Below, one piece after another: positions 1-8,010 of a stretch of 63,908 bases of DNA. Source of the DNA: a virus (taxonomy: Duplodnaviria; Caudoviricetes); the IMG/VR virus record IMGVR_UViG_3300032087_005153, positions 1-63,908 of that record. One strand, written 5' to 3'. Position numbers and translations under genes: made by a program. The notes under the pieces were generated by a model. That model made no database searches, had not been told where the DNA came from, and was given only the letters and a program-made list of their open reading frames with translations. Numbering within the stretch: position 1 is the first letter of the stretch; each line of letters starts with the position of its first letter.

Positions 1-91
1 TGATCGGAGCCTAACTATATTATCCAAAATAGTTCGTGTTTACATTGTAAAATACCGAGCACAAAAAGTCAAAAGTTATGTACTTGATACT
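1..91. repeat. 91-bp direct repeat, left copy (circular assembly overlap or terminal repeat)
   Basis: 1-91 is identical to 63818-63908. Confidence 0.95.
17..50 (-). promoter_or_regulatory. Early promoter-like motif (same site as 63834-63867)
   Basis: + strand ATATTATCC-N8-TCGTGTT-N4-TTGTAA; one of six copies. Confidence 0.75.
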
Positions 92-232
92 AAGCACATT
101 AGGGGGGTGGGGTAAAATAATGGATTTTAGTTAAAGCGCTGAGTACCAATTAGTTACGTGTAATACAAAACCTCAACTTATCTAACTTAATTTTTACGAT
201 CCAGGCGGGGCTGCTTTAAAATACCTAAAAAC

Positions 233-280
233 TGTGACAATAGGGTTATAATATTATATATGTAGTAGGCTAATGTCGCA
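233..280 (+). promoter_or_regulatory. Imperfect palindromic operator/origin-like element, copy 1
   Basis: TGTGACAATAG-(AT-rich)-AGGCTAATGTCGCA; near-identical element inverted at 57576-57622. Confidence 0.6.
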
Positions 281-304
281 CTCTCTATGTGAGAATCCTT
301 ATAT

Positions 305-556
305 ATGTGTAATAAAATATTCATGCAAGATTCGTTTATAAAAAACAACTTATCTATAGTTGTATCATTTATTGCAGCTGTATTTGCAGCAGGTGGTATA
401 TTTTCTGAATTCACATCACTTAAAGATGAAATACATCTTGTCCATGATAGGCTAGATGAGAAAATAATACTTATAGAAGAATTAGAGCATCGTATTATAG
501 AGCTTGAAAAGAAAGTCGAATATGAAAGGGGATTATTAGATGCCCGTAATAATTAA
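305..556 (+). CDS. Membrane-anchored coiled-coil protein (holin/i-spanin-like)
   Basis: N-terminal hydrophobic helix followed by heptad-rich tail; start may be Met at 323. Confidence 0.45.
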   Translation: MCNKIFMQDSFIKNNLSIVVSFIAAVFAAGGIFSEFTSLKDEIHLVHDRLDEKIILIEELEHRIIELEKKVEYERGLLDARNN

Positions 557-561
557 ATATA

Positions 562-762
562 ATGGATAAACAAACTGTATATGTGAAGAGTAATGGTCTT
601 CGCAATGAACTAAAAGAGATACGTAAGAGTATCGACAAACTAACTAACGCGCTTATTGAAATACATATCGCACAAACCAACAAACATGAGAACAATACTA
701 ATCAGTGTACTTGTGGCAAGTCTGATGGCGAGCTGCGCAACACAAGCAACATTCTATTCTGA
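562..762 (+). CDS. Hypothetical coiled-coil protein
   Basis: ORF with A-rich leader. Confidence 0.5.
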   Translation: MDKQTVYVKSNGLRNELKEIRKSIDKLTNALIEIHIAQTNKHENNTNQCTCGKSDGELRNTSNILF

Positions 763-862
763 ATACAAAAAATTAACTAAAGATGTGTGTCGTGATAACC
801 CTCACGAAGTAATTTTAGCACAACATTTATATAATAAGATGAAAGAACTTAAATCTAATTAA
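686..862 (+). CDS. Small lipoprotein (possible o-spanin)
   Basis: MRTILISVLVASLMASC signal peptide with lipobox Cys, from the internal ATG at 686. Confidence 0.55.
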   Translation: MRTILISVLVASLMASCATQATFYSEYKKLTKDVCRDNPHEVILAQHLYNKMKELKSN

Positions 863-931
863 TAAAATGTGATATAACAATCTAGAACACATGCATGTTA
901 AAAATATTGATTAATCATTAAAAACACAACC

Positions 932-2086
932 ATGCCAGATAAAAACAAAATAATCTTAGGTACAAATGACGATACTTATATTGCAGCAGATGATGCGGGA
1001 AATATAGTATTGCAACATGAGCAAGGGCAAAGAGTAGCATTAACAGATAGTGCTATAGAACCTGCAACTGATGAAACATTAGATTTAGGATCTGCAACTA
1101 ACAAGTTTAAAGATCTATATCTTTCATCTGATTCTATTTATATAGGAAATACTAAATTGTCATCAGATCCAACTACAGGAGCACTATCAACTGTTGTTGC
1201 TGATGAGCAAGGGCAATTTACAGCACCAGCAGCACCAGTAGGGGATGCTAAATTTTATGATTGGAGAGGCTCAACTAAAAATATTGCTGCCAACGACCCG
1301 ATTAATGTCAATGGTATTAATTCCAAGCTTTCAATGGAATACCTGTATAATGATATGGTTATTGCGGCAAATGCTGCAAACACAGGCCCTCTTGAAGTAA
1401 TTTGGGGAAATTATCTTGGTAACCCGAACACTACCCAATATACTACTTTCGGAGCGGTTGCTATTAACTCAGGAAATTATGATTATACATCTTCATTTAT
1501 AACAGATGAAAATGGGGATGACCTTTCTGCATTTCTAGTAAATAAAATGGACGAAGAAAATTTACCTATTTTAAATTTTGAGTTCAGTTTATCTGCTAAA
1601 CTTCAAATTCAAGACCCTGTAAAAGCAGCGCAAATACCTTATTTTCAGCAAGGCCAATTTAATAATTTAACAAATGTTACTAGTATACCGCTTTGGACAA
1701 TGACACAAGGCTATATGTATGCATTTAAAACGGCCACATCTAATCTTTCAGGGCACACAAGAGGAATTATGATGGGATCAATGGCGGACAGTAATTATGA
1801 CTACAACGACGGCCTTGGTGCAGATAGAGCTGCACTTTGGAACCTAGGAACAAGTTCTAACCCGTTTGGTCAGCCTAATGTTTTCCAATATAATAATATA
1901 CAAGATAACTACGCCCAACTGGGTTCCTCACTTTCTCTTAATATAGATATGCAACTTAATAACCCAAGCGTCAACATGAAGTCTGCCGACCCCACTATAT
2001 CAAGCGCCACATCAATATCTGATATAGCAGGTTACTTTGATTTACAAGACGGAATAGTATTTGATATGTTAGTTAATGTAAAATAA
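932..2086 (+). CDS. Tail fibre / receptor-binding protein A
   Basis: PxxDETLDLGSAxxKFKDLYLS fibre motif; paralogue of 2381-3895; followed by chaperone. Confidence 0.65.
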   Translation: MPDKNKIILGTNDDTYIAADDAGNIVLQHEQGQRVALTDSAIEPATDETLDLGSATNKFKDLYLSSDSIYIGNTKLSSDPTTGALSTVVADEQGQFTAPAAPVGDAKFYDWRGSTKNIAANDPINVNGINSKLSMEYLYNDMVIAANAANTGPLEVIWGNYLGNPNTTQYTTFGAVAINSGNYDYTSSFITDENGDDLSAFLVNKMDEENLPILNFEFSLSAKLQIQDPVKAAQIPYFQQGQFNNLTNVTSIPLWTMTQGYMYAFKTATSNLSGHTRGIMMGSMADSNYDYNDGLGADRAALWNLGTSSNPFGQPNVFQYNNIQDNYAQLGSSLSLNIDMQLNNPSVNMKSADPTISSATSISDIAGYFDLQDGIVFDMLVNVK

Positions 2087-2102
2087 TATAAAAATAAAAA
2101 AA

Positions 2103-2363
2103 ATGAACAAAGAATATTTACAAAAATTGCAAACTTATCAAATAAGTAAAGCAAGATCAATTACATCGAAGAAGTTAGCTGCTACGGATTGGTATGTTAC
2201 AAGAAATGTTGAAAGAGAAATTGAAATTCCTGCAGATATAGCAGCCGAAAGAGCTACTGCTATAGAAAAATTTAATACTTTTGAAACTGCAATTTTAAGT
2301 GCTACAACAGAAAATATTTATACTATAATAAAAAATGCTACTATTGCATTTGAAGGAGAATAA
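2103..2363 (+). CDS. Tail fibre assembly chaperone-like protein A
   Basis: LAATDWYVTR...IP...R motif; directly follows fibre gene. Confidence 0.6.
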   Translation: MNKEYLQKLQTYQISKARSITSKKLAATDWYVTRNVEREIEIPADIAAERATAIEKFNTFETAILSATTENIYTIIKNATIAFEGE

Positions 2364-2380
2364 TAATAAAAACAAAAACC

Positions 2381-3895
2381 ATGCCAGACAAATATGAATT
2401 GTTCTTAGACAAGAACAAAAAAGTAAAGCTTTCTGCAGATGAGCAAGGTAATTTCTTTGCAGAAGCTAATGATAAAAAAATTAAGCTGGGAGCAAGCGGT
2501 CTTGAAAATGTAGATGAAAATGGCGTGGCTTCACCAGTGGGGGCAGATCTAACAGCCCTCTCTCAATCTATTATACCAGATACAAACGAAGTTTATGACC
2601 TAGGTTCAGCAGAGAAAAAATTTAGACACTTATACTTATCTTCTAATTCTTTATTCGTAGGAGATACAAAAATTACATCTGACCCAACAACCGGTGCTTT
2701 AACTACAGCGGTGTCCGATGGCCAAGGCGGATTTGCTGACCCAGCACCAGTAGGAGGGAGCGCAGGCTCTTATGATTGGGAAGCAACAGGGTTTACTCAT
2801 TTTTCTCCTTTTCTTACCACTAATTATCCTAGTGGTTACGACTTTGAAAAAATTAGCCAAATGGGTACTGACACAAAATTTTTAGATCCAATTGCGCTGT
2901 GGAATCATACAAGGGGAGCAAACCCTATTTTACGCCCAGATCAACATATTAATGGTAGCAAATGGGGAACTGCAAATTCAAGTGACTTCAACCCTGCTGC
3001 GGCTCAAAATTTTAGGTGGGCTGAGTTGAGTATACTAAATGATACTAATCCTGATCCAATTTTTTGGCAGTATGGCCCTAACATAGCCGAACACGGATTC
3101 TGGTTAACATCCCCTGATGAATTTGATGTGCATCGATCAGGCCACCAATACCCTGCTACTTTATTTAAAGATGCAAATAATGAATATTTTAAGGACTTTC
3201 TAAGTAAAAAAATGGATGAACATAACTTAATGGATTTAACAGTTCAACTAGAATGTGATGTTGTTTATACTTGTTCAGATGCAGCCACAGCGGCCGCTAC
3301 TCCATTTTTTCAAGATCTTGATGCTGAATCTGATGGGGTATATAGAAGAGTATTTACTTCATGGAGATTTCCAGAAATGCTAATTAGAAGATATTCAAGA
3401 TTGCAAGGAAGACCGAATGCGGATTATAACGATTTCAGTGGCAGAGAATTTCCTAATTCTATAACAGCTTCTGAAAATTATATAATCGACCAAGTGGCTA
3501 ATTCTGGGCTTTTTAATATATCAGGGATGTGGGACGTCGACTACTACGACAGGTATTTAAGAGCGTTTGGATCAACCGGGGGCTACATGCTAGGAGATAA
3601 CTTCCAAAGCGTTAGTATTGCGGACCAAGCACTCACGTACGAGAGTTATCCAGCTATTCAAAGTAGTGGTAAGGGTGCACCCTCTAAAAGACAAGCTTAT
3701 GGAAATGCTTATTTTGATAATATGCGTAATAGATCCCTTGCACAGGCTTATTGGGGAATTGTTGAAGTTAACTGGAGTGGTGATTTTTTTGAAGGAGGAA
3801 TAGTAAATCATAGTGATTATACTCAAGGTCAGGCCACTACTTATGAAAATGCCGGTAGAGGATGTGAAATAAACCTTAGAGTTAAAATAAAATAA
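2381..3895 (+). CDS. Tail fibre / receptor-binding protein B
   Basis: IIPDTNEVYDLGSAEKKFRHLYLS motif; shares SDPTTGAL segment with 932-2086. Confidence 0.65.
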   Translation: MPDKYELFLDKNKKVKLSADEQGNFFAEANDKKIKLGASGLENVDENGVASPVGADLTALSQSIIPDTNEVYDLGSAEKKFRHLYLSSNSLFVGDTKITSDPTTGALTTAVSDGQGGFADPAPVGGSAGSYDWEATGFTHFSPFLTTNYPSGYDFEKISQMGTDTKFLDPIALWNHTRGANPILRPDQHINGSKWGTANSSDFNPAAAQNFRWAELSILNDTNPDPIFWQYGPNIAEHGFWLTSPDEFDVHRSGHQYPATLFKDANNEYFKDFLSKKMDEHNLMDLTVQLECDVVYTCSDAATAAATPFFQDLDAESDGVYRRVFTSWRFPEMLIRRYSRLQGRPNADYNDFSGREFPNSITASENYIIDQVANSGLFNISGMWDVDYYDRYLRAFGSTGGYMLGDNFQSVSIADQALTYESYPAIQSSGKGAPSKRQAYGNAYFDNMRNRSLAQAYWGIVEVNWSGDFFEGGIVNHSDYTQGQATTYENAGRGCEINLRVKIK

Positions 3896-3912
3896 TAAAA
3901 AAGCAAAAAGTA

Positions 3913-4221
3913 ATGGATATTTTAAAAGAACAAGAAGAAATGCAAATTAAGCGTAATGAAGATAAAGTTTCAAATGCGCTTGAGGCAGCTAAAAATTTTA
4001 CATACAATACTTTAGCTAAAACTGATTGGTATATTATAAGAAATACAGATATAGGTGCTGCGATACCAGACGAAATTAAACAATCTAGAGCAGAAATTAG
4101 AGAAAAATTTAATACACTTGAAACTACATTAAACGCAATAGATACTAATAATCTAAAAATCAAAGTACCAAAATTAGTTGCAGAAGCTATGGAAATTTTT
4201 AGCGGAACATCTACTGAATAA
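3913..4221 (+). CDS. Tail fibre assembly chaperone-like protein B
   Basis: LAKTDWYIIR...IPDEIKQSRAEIR; paralogue of 2103-2363. Confidence 0.6.
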   Translation: MDILKEQEEMQIKRNEDKVSNALEAAKNFTYNTLAKTDWYIIRNTDIGAAIPDEIKQSRAEIREKFNTLETTLNAIDTNNLKIKVPKLVAEAMEIFSGTSTE

Positions 4222-4231
4222 TAATAAAAAC

Positions 4232-4265
4232 AACCACACCTGGCAAAAATAAGTTGGGTGTGGTT
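4232..4265 (+). terminator. Intergenic stem-loop (terminator or processing site)
   Basis: AACCACACC...GGTGTGGTT perfect 9-bp stem after chaperone B. Confidence 0.55.
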
Positions 4266-4282
4266 ATTATAAATTAATAACT

Positions 4283-5053
4283 ATGGGATCACCTTTTAAA
4301 ATGAATCCTAAAACTCCTTTAATGAAGGCGTTAGTAGGAAAACAAAAAAACTTACCAGAACATCTAAAGAAAGCTATTCTAGCGGCGCCTGAATCACCAG
4401 CTAAATCATATGGTAAATCACCTATGAAAAAAGAAGGAGATGCAAAAGCTTCTCAAAGAAAAACTTTAGCAGAAGTAGGTAAAGGAGAATATACTAAAAT
4501 TCGTGATTATACGCCAGATGAATTAATTGCTCAAGTTAAAAAAAGAGGTGTATCATCTGCACAAATTAAAAAAGAAATTGCTGACTACAGAGCTAAATCA
4601 CAAAAAGTAAGATCAAGCAGTAAAGCAATTGCTAATTCAGGTACTCAAATGGCAGAAATCTTAACAGAAGGTGGTGCTGGAGGAGAAAGAGGTATTGCGG
4701 AAGCAGCTAAAAAAAGATCTGCGGGTAAATCACCTGCGCAAATGAAAGGTGTAGCTGGTCTTAAAAAGAAAAGTAAAGGCAAAGCCCCCGCTGCTAGTAA
4801 AGGAATGCCTAAAGCTCCTAATGCTAAAATGCAAGCACGTGTTAAAAGAGTAGGTAAACAAGGTTCTCCTGCTAAAATGAAAGGCGACAAAACAAAACAG
4901 GCTAATTCAGGAATTGGGCCAAAAGCAAAGATTGAAAAAGGAAAAAATACAACACCTAAAATGAAACAATCTAAAGCTCAAGCAGGTAAAAATTATAAGA
5001 CAGGCAAATCACCTGCTAAGATGAAAGGTGTAAAAGCGTTAAAGAAAAAATAA
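4283..5053 (+). CDS. Lys/Ala-rich protein with S/T-P-x-K-M repeats (putative DNA-binding internal virion protein)
   Basis: SPFKM, TPLMK, SPAKS, SPMKK, SPAQMK, SPAKMK x2, TPKMK; very basic. Confidence 0.55.
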   Translation: MGSPFKMNPKTPLMKALVGKQKNLPEHLKKAILAAPESPAKSYGKSPMKKEGDAKASQRKTLAEVGKGEYTKIRDYTPDELIAQVKKRGVSSAQIKKEIADYRAKSQKVRSSSKAIANSGTQMAEILTEGGAGGERGIAEAAKKRSAGKSPAQMKGVAGLKKKSKGKAPAASKGMPKAPNAKMQARVKRVGKQGSPAKMKGDKTKQANSGIGPKAKIEKGKNTTPKMKQSKAQAGKNYKTGKSPAKMKGVKALKKK

Positions 5054-5292
5054 TGCAAAAGCTTTCACCTGAGGCACGGCGTCGTAAGAAGGCACGAGAT
5101 AAGGCCGTTGCGATGAGCCCTCGGCGTCGAGCCATGAAAGCGGAAAACCAGCGCAAGCGGAGAGCTGCGAAAAAATCCGGTAAAAATATTGAAGGTATGG
5201 ATTACGATCATACCACCATGTCCTTTGTATCTGCAAAAAGAAATCGCTCTGGTTTTGGTAAAGGGACTAAAATAAACAATACTAAAAATTAA
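5053..5292 (+). CDS. Small basic HNH-like protein
   Basis: Arg/Lys-rich N-terminus then GMDYDH...SAKRNR. Confidence 0.45.
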   Translation: MQKLSPEARRRKKARDKAVAMSPRRRAMKAENQRKRRAAKKSGKNIEGMDYDHTTMSFVSAKRNRSGFGKGTKINNTKN

Positions 5293-5297
5293 AACGA

Positions 5298-8009
5298 ATG
5301 GCAACATTATTCGATAGATCGCCTATAGATAGTATAGTAGAAGATACTGATTATTTAATAGGTATAGATTCAGCTGATAATCGCACAAAAAAATATACAA
5401 TACAAAGTATAGCTGATTATATATCTTTATCAGCAGGTAATACAGCTGATACTAACTATTATCTTGATGGCATATCTTATGATGACCAAACAGGTATAGT
5501 CACTTTTTCTATCAACGGAGCAACTGATCAGACTTTAGATTTAGGTACAGCTGCTTTTTCAGATTCAGATGACTTTGCCCTAGCTACGCACTCTCATACC
5601 TTTGCTGATATTGCTTCAGATAATATTGTTACTTCACAATATTTAAATGTTGATGGTAATGGAACGGCTGGTCAAGTATTAACATCTGATGGTTTAGGTG
5701 GTTTTACTTGGGAAGCAGCAGGGGGTGTTGATACTAATTATTATCTTGATGGGGTAAGTATTTCAGGAAATACATTGGTATTTAGTATTAATGGAACTGC
5801 TGATCAGCAAATACAATTAGGTGAAGCTGCTTTTCTTTCGGTTAATCAAATATTAGATCAAGTTACATTAAATGTAAATGCACAAGATTTAGTTGCTAAT
5901 TTAGGTAATTTAGCTTCATTAGACAAAGTTAACTCAAATGAAATTAATAATGCAGCTGTTACTGCAGCTAAAATAGCAGATGGTGTTATAACTGAAAGTA
6001 AGCTTAATATTTCAAATACACCTTCTTCTGGATATGTTCTTACTTCTGATGGAAGCTCAGGATTTTCATGGGTTCAAAATTCAGCAAGTAATTATTATGT
6101 AAATAATATATCTAATTTAAATAATACTTTAACATTTGAATTAGCTGGAGGTGCCCCTGCAAATACTTTTCCAACCTTTACTTTTGGTGAAGGGGCTTTT
6201 AGAAATGTAGGAAATAGTTTAGGCGAATTAGCTGATGGGGCACATAACCACGATATTGCTACATTATTAAATGCAGGTAGCTTAGCTACTTTAGATACTG
6301 TAGGAACATCCGAAATAGATAACAGTGCAGTTACTCTTGGTAAATTATCAGCAGCTGGGGCAGACGGACAATTTTTAACTATATCTTCTGGTTCGCTAGC
6401 GTGGACCACAATTGCTACAGCGAATATTGATTTTTTATCATTACCTAATACTCCTTCAACATTTACAGGTAACGCTGGTAAAATATTAAAAGTAGATTCT
6501 GGTGAAACATTATTAGAATTTGTTGATTTTTCTGTTCAAACTGATGACATAATATCAACTAATGTTGGTGCACCTGGGAAAGTATTAAGTGTTGATTCAA
6601 ATGGCGATTTAACTTGGATTAATGTAACTGCTGGTGGTACTATAACAATATATCCAGATGATTTAAATGGCATAACAACATACGGAACATCTGGCCAAAC
6701 TATTCAAACAAATGGAAATGGTACATTTAGTTATCATACTCCATTTGATTATGAATTCTCTTCTTTATTAAATACACCAACAACAGTAGCAGGTTATGGA
6801 ATAACTGATGCAATGACAACAGCGCATGATGCAAATGTTATTACTTCAACAGATATTTCAAATTGGAATACTGCATATGGATGGGGTGATCATTCAGCTG
6901 TTGGTTATTTAACTGTAGAAACTGATCCTATATTTACCGCAAGTGCGGCGGGCAGTATAACAGCCACACAAGTTACAAATTGGGATACTGCTTACGGTTG
7001 GGGCGATCATGATGGGCTATATATAGAAGTGGGTAATGAATCAGACCCTATATTCACAGCTTCTGCTGCTAGCGGAATAACAAATACGAATATAACACAA
7101 TGGAACGCCGCTTTTAACTGGGGTGATCATAATGCTCAAAATTATTTAACCTCTGAAACAAATACTTCATTATCACTAGTAGGTAATATACTTACTTATA
7201 CTGATGAAACTGGTGCTCAGACTAATCTTGATCTTTCTTTATATTTAGATGATACAAATTTAGCTAGACTTACCGGTGGTAATTTAAATGCTGTAACAGG
7301 TATTGCAACATTTACAAGGGATGATAATTCTACGTTTGATGTTGACTTTAGTTCTTTATTAGGTTCTGGTAATACATTTGTAAATAGTGCTACGTTTAAT
7401 TCAAGTACAGGGCTTTTAAAACTTATTCAAAATACAGGTACAGAAATAAATGTAGATCTTGACGGTAGATATTTAGAGTCTTATACTGAAACGTCTACTT
7501 TAGATGACGTTATAAGTAGAAATGGCCAAACTACTAATACTGCAGTTATTCCTTTTTATTATGCAGATCAAAATGCATTTCCTAGCCCTACAACATTCCA
7601 CGGCGCAATGGCACATTCCCATGCCGATGGAACTATGTTCTATGCACACCAAAATGCTTGGCAAGAATTAGCTAATGCAGATGCATCTAATTTAACAAAT
7701 GCAATAGGGTATGCCCAAACTGCAAATGAATTTAAAACATCAGCAACATTTACTACAGATGTAGACTTTTCTTCAGCTGCTGTATTCACACAAACACTTT
7801 CCGCAAATTTAACAATGACTTTCTCAAATGCTGGTATAGGTATGACAAAAGTGCTTTTAATTACTGGCGGTAACGGAGGTTATACTGTTACATTCCCGGC
7901 TGGTGCAACAAAATTATCAGGTACTTACGATGATACTGTAGTAAACTTTATACAAGTTACTTGTACAGGATCAGGCGAATACTATTATACAATTTCACAA
8001 CCAGCATAA
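5298..8009 (+). CDS. Long tail fibre protein
   Basis: Repeats NYY(L/V) x3, W(N/D)xA(Y/F)xWGDH x3, GxVLTSDGxxGFxW; Gly/Thr/Asn-rich. Confidence 0.75.
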   Translation: MATLFDRSPIDSIVEDTDYLIGIDSADNRTKKYTIQSIADYISLSAGNTADTNYYLDGISYDDQTGIVTFSINGATDQTLDLGTAAFSDSDDFALATHSHTFADIASDNIVTSQYLNVDGNGTAGQVLTSDGLGGFTWEAAGGVDTNYYLDGVSISGNTLVFSINGTADQQIQLGEAAFLSVNQILDQVTLNVNAQDLVANLGNLASLDKVNSNEINNAAVTAAKIADGVITESKLNISNTPSSGYVLTSDGSSGFSWVQNSASNYYVNNISNLNNTLTFELAGGAPANTFPTFTFGEGAFRNVGNSLGELADGAHNHDIATLLNAGSLATLDTVGTSEIDNSAVTLGKLSAAGADGQFLTISSGSLAWTTIATANIDFLSLPNTPSTFTGNAGKILKVDSGETLLEFVDFSVQTDDIISTNVGAPGKVLSVDSNGDLTWINVTAGGTITIYPDDLNGITTYGTSGQTIQTNGNGTFSYHTPFDYEFSSLLNTPTTVAGYGITDAMTTAHDANVITSTDISNWNTAYGWGDHSAVGYLTVETDPIFTASAAGSITATQVTNWDTAYGWGDHDGLYIEVGNESDPIFTASAASGITNTNITQWNAAFNWGDHNAQNYLTSETNTSLSLVGNILTYTDETGAQTNLDLSLYLDDTNLARLTGGNLNAVTGIATFTRDDNSTFDVDFSSLLGSGNTFVNSATFNSSTGLLKLIQNTGTEINVDLDGRYLESYTETSTLDDVISRNGQTTNTAVIPFYYADQNAFPSPTTFHGAMAHSHADGTMFYAHQNAWQELANADASNLTNAIGYAQTANEFKTSATFTTDVDFSSAAVFTQTLSANLTMTFSNAGIGMTKVLLITGGNGGYTVTFPAGATKLSGTYDDTVVNFIQVTCTGSGEYYYTISQPA

Positions 8010-8010
8010 A

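Noticed and set aside
1-91. Biological terminal direct repeat
   Set aside because: Cannot be told apart from an assembler overlap without reads; treated only as evidence of circularity
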